Shown: piece by piece, positions 23,858 through 35,070 of the stretch | Position numbering within the stretch: position 1 is the first letter of the stretch | How the letters are laid out: each line of letters opens with the position of its first letter | Assembly (NCBI GenBank): GCA_964188305.1 | Contig: OZ076890.1 | Reading direction: 5' to 3' (one strand) | Length of the DNA stretch: 64,000 bases | Source: Podarcis bocagei | Lineage: Eukaryota | The notes under the pieces: model-generated | Told to the model about the DNA's origin: nothing | The model's input: only the letters and a program-made list of their open reading frames with translations | Database searches by the model: none | Program-made: the position numbers and the translations under genes

Positions 23858-26090
23858 CTGATTCAACATTTCCCATCATGGCTGGTGAAGACATGGCAAG
23901 AGACGCTTTGTGGTTGGGGGGTATTCCAGGACTCTGCAGTGGGGGCTTTGGAGATGAAGTCCATCCAGGAGAAGGTGCAGGGAGGGACGGAGACTTGAGA
24001 TGGACAGGAGAAGCGGCAGCAGAGCCCATAACAGGAGGAGATTTGATTGAAGCAGCAGCTGCTGCAGTCGGCCCTGCGAGTATCCCTGCCAGCTGGGATG
24101 GAGTCTGGGGGGACTTGAGGTTCCCGGAGGGCGAACCCAGCATGGGAGACTGGACCTGGCGCATGGTGGGGGACTTCAGTGGATTTATGCCTGGAGAATG
24201 AACCTGGCTGGCACCGACGGAAACATCCAAGGGCTTGCGTCCGAGGTTGCGCTGAACAGGAGGAGCTGTGTTGAGGCTGTTTGGGTTGCTGGAGGGATTC
24301 AGAGGTAGTGGTGGCATGTGGCTAAGCCGGTTGTTAGTCCTTTGGTCGGGCCCCATTTGTTCTCTGTGATTCCGGAGACCAACACCTGGGCCCTGAGACA
24401 TAGGATGGAAAGGTCTCGGGCCCATTCCATAGTCCTGCTGGGGATGCTCACCAAATGGCATGGGCACCATTTTCTGCTGCGAGGGGAGTATCTCCGAGAC
24501 ACCTGGGCGCATTTTCATCATTTCCTCCGGGCCCACTCCAGCTTCCCTCATCTTCTGAGGTATCATTGGTGGATTGGAACTCATGTTGACATTCAGATTC
24601 ACATCCCCCTTCATGCTACCAGGGCCCATCCCAAATTCCAAGTCCCTACCAGCTGCCATCTGAGGTGGCATCCCTTTGGGGAAGTCTCCCCTGGAGGGGC
24701 TCATGGACCCTTCAATCGGCATACGTGGGAAGATGGGGTTATTGCCGGGCTCCATGTGTCTTTGAGAGGGAATCATCCGGTTCATTTCCATGCCAGGCCT
24801 GATGCCTTCAAGGCTCATGCCAGGGGGAAGTCCGAGCTGCTTTTCTGCCAGCTGCTGTTGAAAGATCTCCTCAGGCAGGCCCTGAGGATTGGGGAACCTC
24901 TCCCCTCGCCCAGGCCCACTGAACACACCTTGCCCAGGAGGGAAGTTTCGGCCATCTGGCATTTTTGGCACATCTTCCGGCCAAGGGACACCTGAAAGCC
25001 CAGGTCTAGAAGTGGCGTTTGGGACATTGGGACCCTCTATGTCAGGGTTTATCATTCCAGCAAACCCAGGCAGCCGCATCTGACCACCAGGCACATTGGG
25101 ATGGGGGGCCATGCCCCTTGGGGGCAGTGAATGGGACATAGTCATACTTTCAGGAAAGGGCTCTGGGCCCCCAGGACCCCAGCCCTCACCTGGGGTCATC
25201 TGGTATGGAGGTGGGGGGCCTCTGACCAATCCTCGAGGCCCATGCTGGTGAACCATCATGTCTTGTAAAGAACACTGCTGTACAACCTGCTCCTGCTTCC
25301 TCCTCTTTTCTTCGTAGAACTCCTGTTGCAACTTCAGCCAGGCCACCTGCTCGGGGGTCATGTGATCCAGGTGCTCTGGTCCTATAGGACCAGACTGAGA
25401 GTTTAAGGATGGTGGCCCAACTTCATCTGGTGAGAAGGGCATGTCTCGGTGCCCTGGAGGGCCAAAGGGAGCCCCTCCTTCTGTCCGGGGTCCTGGCCCT
25501 TTACCTAAACTTTGGGATTGAGCCATCAAGGCCTGTATTGGCCCTTCAGGCTTCTTTTGGGGACCATCCAGCACTCCAGAATTGGGTGGGGGAGGCCCAG
25601 CTTGGCCTCCAGTGAACTCCTTCTCATCTGGGAAAAGCATACGCTGAATATCTCGCAGAGTCTGCAGGGAACGTTCTCTATGCTCCAGCTGCTCCTGGGA
25701 CAGTCCATCTGGATTTTCACCCATATTTGGTGGGTCCCCACCAGATACCTGCTGGTTGGGACCTTTAGGGTCCGCAGTGGAACTGTTACTTCCTTGGGAA
25801 ACTGGACTAACGGCTCTATTACTGGGGGTTGAAGTTTGCCCAAATCCTTCAGTTTGTAGAGGGGTGGAGTTTGCAGGACTTCCTGCTGACATCACTTTAC
25901 TTTCTAATCCAGGATTGTCCTGCTCAATAGGACACGGAGGGCCAGTAGGTTTGGGTGCTGGTGCCGGCACTGGAATGGGTGGAGTCTGCTGCATTTTGGC
26001 ATTCTGGGGAGGAGTCTGCTCTTGAGAAGCAGGCAGCTGTGATGGAGCTTGGGGCTTTGTATCATTTCGAAGTGGTGGAATCTGAGTGTT
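23858..26090 (-). CDS. BCL9: BCL9 coding exon 5 (large exon with HD2 beta-catenin-binding helix and HD3)
   Basis: Contains most of ORF 23811..25994. tttttcttcag| acceptor, TCAG|gtcagt donor. Confidence 0.97.
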
Positions 26091-26274
26091 CTGAAGAAAA
26101 AGGAAGACAAGTAAGTAATTTCACATGGCTCAAATGAAGCCTAGTTCTAGGGCAATGAGGACGTCCAAGCTATGAGTTCACCTTTCGCCAATCATGCTTT
26201 AACCATTCAGTCAAGCCACTTGCAGCCTCACCCCTCCTGCCCACAGTGTCTCCTCCATCTGTTAAGTTACTTAC

Positions 26275-26371
26275 CAAAGGTGCAGTGTTTCGTTCCACCT
26301 TGTTAGAGATGTTCTGAATGTGAAAAGATACAATGGTTTCCACTTGTCCTTTCAGCACAGCTTCTGCAGCC
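26275..26371 (-). CDS. BCL9: BCL9 coding exon 4 (AAEAVLKGQVETIVSFHIQNI...APL), rest of HD1 (Pygo-binding)
   Basis: gtcttcag| acceptor, TTG|gtaagt donor. Confidence 0.95.
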
Positions 26372-27102
26372 CTGAAGACAAACACAAGCAGCTGAAACAT
26401 CACAGGGCATGTCAGTCCCTGTCAACAAAAGTCTGCACCCCTTTCTGTAATTGATAACATGCTAGCTGTCTTTTTTCTTAATCGCTCTTCATAGAAAGAT
26501 TCCAGGACAGTGTACAAAACTAAGTGAAATTCGCACAATCAAACAAGATACAAAACAATATAAAATCTTAAGAACTAACATCAGGATAAAGTACAATTGA
26601 AAATAATCTAAAATCTATAAAACCTTGGCAAATGGGAAGGTCTTCCCCTGGTGCAAAAAGCTTGCTGGTGCCAGTCACACCCCATCCCATTAAAAATGGC
26701 ATTCCTAAGTCCATCGGTTACCATTCAGTATGCCCTCTTTCTGTAAACGTAATATACCTCTACTAAAGAGGGCAACATCTAACAAAGATGTTATTTTATG
26801 ATTTAATTGGTTTCTATACCACCCTCTATCAGGGTGCTTTACAAATGCACAATTAAGTGCCAAATTGTCCACAAGGCAAAACACAGTTTTTCATTTTCCT
26901 AGAAGGATTCTCTTTCAACGTAGAACATACATTCATGCCCTTCCTTGTATGATGTGATGGAGATACAGGTACCTATTTAAGCAGATATGGTTGCAAGTGG
27001 AAGCCATGAATGGATATAACTTGTCATCATGTATAAGCAACAAACAGAACTAAACTGGAGGCTTTGGCTACTACATTCAATGTAAACTAAAGTGTCACTT
27101 AC

Positions 27103-27292
27103 TTATTAGCCATCTCTGTTGAAAAGACATAGACCACTTTGGATGGAGTCTTCTGCATACTACCTGGCTCTGAAGGGGCCGCCTGACCATGAGAAGGCGT
27201 GGAAGATCTTGGGGCTGAGGCATTTGAAGGAGCCAAGGAGTGTGCAGTATGCTGGGACTCTTGCGATTTTGCATGGTCAGCAGAGCCAAGAT
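27103..27292 (-). CDS. BCL9: BCL9 coding exon 3 (…SADHAKSQESQH...KVVYVFSTEMAN), start of HD1
   Basis: gtttcag| acceptor, AA|gtaagt donor. Confidence 0.95.
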
Positions 27293-30229
27293 CTGAAACG
27301 GAAGTAGTGGAGAGGTCTCAGTCTCAAGAAAGATAGCAAAATTCCATTCCCATCTTTCAGTAGCTCACTTAGTAGCACTTTCATTTTAGATACAGTACAA
27401 TCACCCACCATAAGATTCATTTGTTCTGGCATTTATATAAGACAATTATTTCTTATGAATGCCCATCCTAATATTGATAGCTGGCATTTACAACTTCAGG
27501 CTTTCTCTCCCATTTCCACCACAGTACTATTTGCACCAAAATACTATTACACTTTGTGTGATTTAAAATCCAGTCATTCATAGTATACTCTTGTACATTT
27601 GTCAATTTCCACACATCCACAAGGAAAACTCTTAAAGAGTATTTTGGCCTGAGGGCCACATTCATCTTTGGCCAATCCTCCAGGGTCTGCATGCCAGCAG
27701 CGGGTATAGCAAACCTATACACTTTTAATGAAAACTTCCGTATGTGTGCGCACACAAAGGATGTGGTTTCACCCCTCCTCAGCTGATCCATGAAGATTCC
27801 CCCCCCCCCGAAACAGGAAAGGAGTGATTCTCCATCCTCATCAGGGTACCCTGCTTCACCCACCAAAATATTGTGCATGGTTCCTCCCCCCCCCCCATCA
27901 CCATTGATGCCAAAAGTCATTGGGATCTCGGGGGCAAAGCAAGGATCAGTCACAGCTGTTGTAAAAAAATCTGACTGGTTTCAAATGAGGTGTGTGAAAT
28001 CCTCCACCGGCAAAGCTACTGAACCTTCCACATTGTTCAGCTAGATAACACTTTCCCACAGTTTGCCTCAAATTGAGATGGCCTGCCCATAGTTGTTTAG
28101 ATATTTTAGTTTAAGACATACTGTAAATTCTACCAAGGTAAGACTAACCTAGGACAATTGCTCCCACCTTGACACACCAACAATGACAACAGCACGCAGG
28201 AGATTGTTCTTAGAAGCTTTACACCACTTCATTGCCTTTCCCAAGAAATACACTAGAGTCAAATCCTAGAGTCTATTCAAAATCAGTACAAAGCTGATGT
28301 GTAAGCAATGTGCAAGCTGATGTATGCATAGGCCAGAGCATTTTGGCTGTATAGATTTTCTCAGCATATTTAGTGTAATATTTTCACATTTAAATTGCTC
28401 TTACCCAACACATGAGACATGGGGGTTGGTTCGGAGGCTAAGTGAGATTCAAATGGTTTCCGAAACTTTAAGAAGTCCACACCACACAGTAATCAAGTAA
28501 TAAAGTTTCAAGATCCACATATGGCAATACAAAACACTTTTATTTTATTTTCTTTGCAAAACATCATAAGCCAAGTAAAATGAGAAACAAGTCATGTGTT
28601 GAAAAATGTGCCGATGGGACAAAAAATGCCCTAATCCTCAGCTATGAACCCATAATGATCAAAACCCATAATGATCAAACTCGAAGGTGCTGCGCAAAAA
28701 TTAAATACACAACATAATCTCACCTGTAGGCTTGCAATCAAATAACAGAAGGGAAAGCAAAAAGTAAAATAAAAGAGAAGAAGAGCAATTTGGGGGGGGG
28801 TGGCCAGATATAATTGCATGCTTCAGCTCACTTGAATTCAGCTAGTGGCCCCTGTGAATATCTTGAGCCCAGCAGCCTCAGGACTGAGTAGAATTCAAGC
28901 AAAGCGTGACACATTTGGGCTTATGTGGAGAACACTGGCCACTATCACACGAATTATGTTAGCCACTGAAGACAGTCCCAAGCATATGTGATTTACATAA
29001 ACAGCACTTCCACAAGTGCAACAACACTTGTAAGACTAACATGAACAGTCCCTATGATATTCCAGGCAGAACAGGACTTCTGAGATTGACAGATTAGAGC
29101 TGCATTCCTGTAGTCTAAGACACCATACAGCAACAACAGAAAGACTTTCCCTACCCCAATCAAATCTATATTTCAAGTGGGTGGAAATGATGGTCATCAA
29201 TTATAAGCTGTGAAAATATCTGACTGCTCAGAGACCAGCCTTACTGAGCTGGGATATACAGGAACAAGCACTACTCTAGAGCAAAAGTTCCTCTCTGGGG
29301 GCTAAGATCCTCTTACTACTTCCATCGTATCCTGAAGTGGGCAAGGATGCACAGCATTTATCTAGTTCTTCCCAACCTGTGAAACACAGACTATTTATCA
29401 TCTGTCCTACTCCAAATTTTGTTTCACAAGCTATTGCTTTCCTTATAGGCCTTCTCCAAGGGGACTAATGTTCCTCTATTGAGGTTTTTAACCCTCTCTA
29501 TCCCAAGAGGGTCTCAGTGGATTAACATATCTATGAAATGAACATGTCAACACAATGAAAAAACAAAAATACCCACTTAAATATCCTGCACACAAACAGC
29601 AGATTGTGTCATTTTTGAGAAGCAAAGCAAAACCCATTCTTTTAACACTTACAGAAATACAGGCTCAGATTTTGATGGCTGCTCCTTATGCGACATTACA
29701 TAATTCACTAGAGATACCCAAGCACAGAATACACTCAGATCATGTCAATTACGAATGGCACTCGGGCCTTTTTATAGTGTGGTGTTTGCATTTAAACCTA
29801 TGGAAAAGACACCCTCTTCCTGAGAAAATGAGACCTTTGCCTGCAGCGGAAGAAAGGTCCACCGCTAGGCACATATCAAAACTGACCACAGCTTGCTGTG
29901 GGGTTTGTGGGACCTGCCTTCTTATCAAGCAAATCAAACGAAACACTCTTGAAAAGACAAATTGTTTGCCTCTTTTTACACTTGAGGAACTATTAGTTTA
30001 AAAGGGGGTCACTGTGACAAGTTTCAGAACATGTGCTTTGGCAGGAAGCTGCTTTTTCCAAGTCTTCCAATCCAATTGTCAAAAAACTTCCTTCATGCCG
30101 ATATACAGAACTGACTCATTTTGGCTGGTACAATATCTAGGGTTCCGAGCAAGTTAAAAAAAAATCACAGAGGCTCTCAGTAAAAGCTGACACCCACTCA
30201 TTTTTCTGCCCCTTCACATGTAGACATAC

Positions 30230-30546
30230 CTTTGATTTCAGATTCATCACTGGGAGTCCCAGCATCTCTTTGTTCAAATGAGTCCGCTGAAATGCTCCTC
30301 TCTCTCTTCCCTTTCCCTTTTGAACCATTGCCAGCCCCGTTCTTCAACCCCATGCTTCCTCCTTGTCCTGGGAGCACTTTTGGTGTGTGGCCCCCACTCT
30401 TGGGGTCGCAGGGAGAGGGCTGGGATTGGCCAGTTGAGCCCCCCTGTTTACCCTGGTTGGAGAATTTAGAGTCCAGCTGGGGGTTGCCAGATGGGGACAT
30501 CACTGTAGGGGGACGGACCATCACCTCCTGCTTTGATTTGGGACTA
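30230..30546 (-). CDS. BCL9: BCL9 coding exon 2 (SPKSKQEVMVRPP...DESEIK)
   Basis: ttttccag| acceptor (NAGNAG), G|gtatgt donor, 317 nt. Confidence 0.95.
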
Positions 30547-31479
30547 CTGGAAAATAAAGGTGGGGAAGAAGAGTAATTTGTAATAAAAGATATAAGAATG
30601 CCAATTTACACAGCAGTAGCCACCAGCTCAGCTTATTTTACAGAGTGTGGCCAGCACCAGTAAGTTAAATTCATCCACATGCATATTGTCCAGCAGCTAT
30701 CTAAAAAAATGCCTTATTATCCAGCTTGAGGTATTACTACTTAAGCAAACAGAGAAAGGCAGCAACTACCCAGATCCTAGGAACCAGTCAGTCACATGGG
30801 GATGTACCTCTGTCACTTCTGTCAATAAAGACAATGGTTTCTATGTACAAAGACATGCCTCACACTAAGACCAGCACAAAGCAAATAAGCAGGGCACCAT
30901 AAAGTTCACAATGCCACCCATCTGGATTCAAACAACACAGCTCAACTGTCGGGGGGGGGGGAATGTTTTTCCATGAAAGTTCAACTGAATTTATACACAA
31001 CTCTGAATTTCTATCCATTACCTGCCAGCGGAATGTAAGTTTTAAAAATGCTCGTTTCAGTTACTTTCAACTGTTAGAGGCAAAAATTGCATCTTTCTGA
31101 AAACAAGTGCAAAAGTGTATTGTAAAATAGCACTGAACTAGATTTCATCAGCACAGTAGATGTGGGGGAAATATATCAAATAAAAAGAGCTGAACCTCAG
31201 AACTGATCCATAATTATAGTCAGCAGCCACAATGTATATGTAGCCAACTTGCATGAAGAGGAACACACCAGATCAGGGGTAGACCTCCCTGATAATGGAA
31301 GCTGGTCTGTAAGATCACTCAATTTCTTTGAGTCGTAGATTACTTGAAAGAGCTGTAAGATGCACATGAGTGGCAGAAGATATGAATCAGCTCTCAGATA
31401 CAATGTAATAAAAAAAAAACAGCAATAAAGATGAGAAGGAACCCACCTGCCCCTTCCCCAATCCAATAATATACACAGG

Positions 31480-31928
31480 GTACAAATGTGCTTCTGGGCA
31501 CAATTATTTTGAAACGGTCTCGCAAGGCCCAGGATACTTCAAGGATCCCCTCCACTCATACCATTCCTAAGATCATAAGGAGAGACCCTTCTCTGTGTCC
31601 CATCAAAGGTAGAAGTATGGCTGGATGAGATATGAGAGAGGACTTGCTCCATGTCAACAACCAGACTACCATATTCATTTGGCCCATGGTTGGTCACTTC
31701 CTACACAGCTTTTCCCCCCAGTTACTGAATAACTGTTTTTTCCCCAGAAGGCTTTTATAATATGAGGCAGATAATGCTTTTTATGATTTTTTAAACTGCT
31801 AACTCTGCCTCTTTTGCAATTGTTTTCAACCATTTTCATGAAACTGGTTTTTCTATATTGTAAGTTATCCTAAGTGGCATGAAGTTTGGGGTATTAATGC
31901 TCTGATAAACTAATAATAATAATAATAA
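31480..31928 (+). mobile_element. Old L2-like LINE 3' fragment with (TAA)n tail
   Basis: Weak similarity to 6977-7511 (ggcccaggatacttcaagga...), AT-rich 3'UTR and TAA tail. Confidence 0.5.
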
Positions 31929-32527
31929 AGAGATCTGGTTACCTCAGGCAAAATAGCTACAATTTCCATTCAATTTTGTGTTCTAAGGATGTTTCTTTGC
32001 ACTTCTACTTATTTGGGGGGGGGGTGTTTTTGTTCCGTCTATACGAAGAATATGCTTCCCCCCTGAACACCAAGACAGAAGTGACATGGGAACACTTCCT
32101 CTATGTGCCAATATTTACCTTCCCCGTAAAATGGAAGTGGAAGCACTGTGTGCTGTCAAGTGGAATGGTCAAAACTGTCACCCTCTCAAAGGCTGTTTTG
32201 TCCAATTAGAGGATTATGCCAGAGATACTCAATGGGGGCAAAAAACAACAAGAAAACACAAGCGACTACAAAATCAAGAACCTCAAAAGAGATTGCAAAA
32301 ACTTGTAATTTCTTAAGAAATATCATATAAAGGCAGAGAGAACCAGCACATGAAGAGAATTCTCCATATCAGAATAAACTTGAATAGCACTCAGCAGATG
32401 AAACTCACATGACAGGGGGTTCCAATTAAAGTACAGAAGGCAAATAGCGATTCATGTCATAATGCCACCAGAGAGACACAGAGAGAGGGGAAGAATATTT
32501 ATATATATATAAATGTATGCTATTTAC

Positions 32528-32580
32528 CTCTGGGCATTTCCTGATGGGGAATTTCTCACTTTGGGGTTACTGGAATGCAT
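32528..32580 (-). CDS. BCL9: BCL9 first coding exon, CDS part (MHSSNPKVRNSPSGNAQS)
   Basis: ATG at 32580, donor AG|gtaaat. The exon extends upstream as 5'UTR to a probable acceptor at 32857 (alternative 32877). Confidence 0.93.
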
Positions 32581-34151
32581 TGACAGAAATCCTAAGCACA
32601 CAGCCACAAGCACTGAGGGGGGCTTCTTGTCAAGTTCCTCTGTTGCTGCTGGCAGTTCTGAAGCACTTTCTGTCCCTTGCTTTCCTCAGTGCTGTCGGTC
32701 TGCTTGTCTTTTTCCTTTTTGCTTCTCTCTGTTGTTGCACTGGGCCTTTCCCTCTCGCAGCTCCAGCATTCTCCAAATGTGTGACTCCTGCTGTTGTGAG
32801 GAAGTCTCGCATCTCCAGGGCAAACTGAACCAAACCCAGTCAAAGAACAAAAAAAGACTATTAAAAAGGGGAGGAATCTAGAACTAAATGAGATCAGTAT
32901 ATGGCCTTTTTTCTCCACCTTTTTAACTGGAAGGGCAAGATGAGAAAGCTCAACCAGATGGAAGCTGAATGTACATTCCGATTATAAAATAAATGCTTTT
33001 CCGGTATTAGCTACGTAAGCAACAACCAGGTGTGCTAGATCTAACAGATGAGAGGGAGGAAGTTTCTCTGTACTCCAATCCAAGATCATGTACAAACACA
33101 TTTATGTGTAGAGAAGCAAGTTGCTCGTATCAATCAGTTCAAGCTTTCTAAAAGTACTATGCAGGCCACATCACTGCAAAAAGATATAGCAACATTTTTA
33201 GAAGATCACACAATTATTAGCACATCTTAAAAACAGGTAACAATTACCCAAGTGAAACACAAGATGGTGATGGGAGGAGGGATCATTTCATGACTTCTGA
33301 ATAATCAATATCCACCATCAAAATTACTGCATCGAAGTGCTAGGTATCCTATGTCAAAGTTGCTAGGCCCAATTTTCTAGACTATTGTCAATAAATACTA
33401 TGTCTCAATCTACATTTAAATGAAAAGTTAGAAACATTGAACATTATGGTGTTTGAGCAGATTTTAACACAGGGCTTATTCATCACTACTATTACTAAAG
33501 GAATAAAAAATGTTTTTCTTTTTCATGCTGAATAGTTTTGGAACAATTTTATATCAGATTCAATTTATTATCACAGTTTTTATATCAGAACAATTTTTGT
33601 ATCTGAATGAAAACTAGATTACCAACCTCTAACACTGGATGACAATATTCAAATTAAGTATTTTTTCATAATTCATAAGTTTATAAGCTATGAAGAAAGT
33701 AAAAATATAAGAAAGTAGTATTTACTGGTCAGATTTCTTTGAAACACAGCAGTATATTTTGAAAGCAAAAAAAAAAACCCTTTTGTGCTGCTGAAACATA
33801 CTGCAAGCTTTTTCATATGACAATGTCGTAATACTGAATTTTGTCACTCTATGACACAGCATCAACATATCTTAATATCAGAAGATAGCAACAGGACATT
33901 TAAGTTCTTTTCCTCCTTCTACCATTCCTTCCTCAAATGCTTCCAAGTCTGAAGGAAGGAAGTCCTACAAATTTGGCAAAGGATCCCCATACTCAAGTAC
34001 GTAAGGCAACAGAGATTTTAAAAAGATGTATTATTTTTGCTCATTGCAAGGAGAGGAATGTGCCAATTAAATTTTAGATAAGGTCACAGGACAGCTATTA
34101 CTAATGTTGATGCTTAAGAACCTTCAAGAAATACAATCCAATCTGCATTAC

Positions 34152-34226
34152 CGGACTGTATTTTACATAAGCCATATACAGAGTTATTGTGAGATCTTGT
34201 TCTCACAAGCACAGGACTCATTCTGC
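34152..34226 (-). other. BCL9: Candidate BCL9 5'UTR exon (75 nt) containing an upstream ATG
   Basis: gctctcag| acceptor (short pyrimidine tract) and CCG|gtaatg donor. Confidence 0.4.
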
Positions 34227-34993
34227 CTGAGAGCATATGCTAATGCCCACAAATTAGACTTGGTGGTTTTGAGAAACTGAGACTTCTAGAAGCATTTTTA
34301 GAAGAAGTGGACAGGCATGCTTATTTAAACATTTTGGATGTGCCACATCTGAATCTGCTATAAGCCAGGCTGTATTTCTACCCCTTCACCCGTAAAACAC
34401 TCAAACACAAGATGGTAGGCATGCTTTCACTGAGGACAAAAGACCATAGCAGACTACACAGAATATGAAGCAGGAGATGAATTCAAACACTCCTGTCTAC
34501 TACAAATCATCCCAATATAATGGGCACTAATTTCACTTATCAATCCCAAAAGGCAAATTTTATTATTATTTTTTAGGTTAATGAAGCTAAAATGCAAGTC
34601 ATCTTTTGGGACATGTTGGACAGGGCGTATGTCTTACAGAAAAGCAAGCTTTGCCAGCCTCGTTTCTGTTAATGCCACTGTCTCAGAAGAAACAATCCAC
34701 AAAAGTTACTTTCAACCCAAAGTGCAGAGTTCACTGCAATCAGGACATCAATGGTCCATTCGTTCTTTTTGTAATATCCTTATTATACGCAGCCATTTGA
34801 CTTCATCCCTGGAGGCACACTCCATTGTCTCTCGAGACAGACGGATGCCAACAATATTATGCTGTCAAATGTTACAGCCAAGCAGACCATTATTAAAACC
34901 AATTTCAGTAGCTCATTCTTCAATATAATGTAGGGAACCCTGTATTTCTGCAAGCCTTTTGGCCTGTTCCCTTTGCTTCTAAAGGCAGCTTAC

Positions 34994-35070
34994 CAGAACT
35001 CCAGTGTCACGACATTGTACTGATCATCCTGAAAATGGGTTCAGAAGCCCTTTGTAGACAAAAAGATCAC
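34994..35070 (-). other. BCL9: Candidate BCL9 5'UTR exon (77 nt)
   Basis: ttgtcttatttcag| acceptor and CTG|gtaagc donor. Confidence 0.6.

Larger units (their letters stand above)
17555..32580 (-). other. BCL9: BCL9 coding span, 7 coding exons, spliced CDS 4236 nt / 1411 aa
   Basis: Exons 53+317+190+97+2233+261+1085 nt join in frame. N-terminus MHSSNPKVR, HD1 (VYVFSTEMANKAAEAVL), HD2 (LSQEQLEHRERSLQTLRDIQRMLF), HD3, C-terminus GNPGNMMF. Confidence 0.97.

Noticed and set aside
24318-24995. 225-aa antisense ORF and other shadow ORFs within BCL9 exons
   Set aside because: Expected from the Pro/Gly/Met codon bias of the real CDS, with no independent signals.
32686-32688. Selenocysteine recoding of the in-frame TGA in the BCL9 leader
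   Set aside because: No SECIS element recognised in the 3'UTR, and the context (TGA GGA) is not the strong TGA-CTAG read-through motif.
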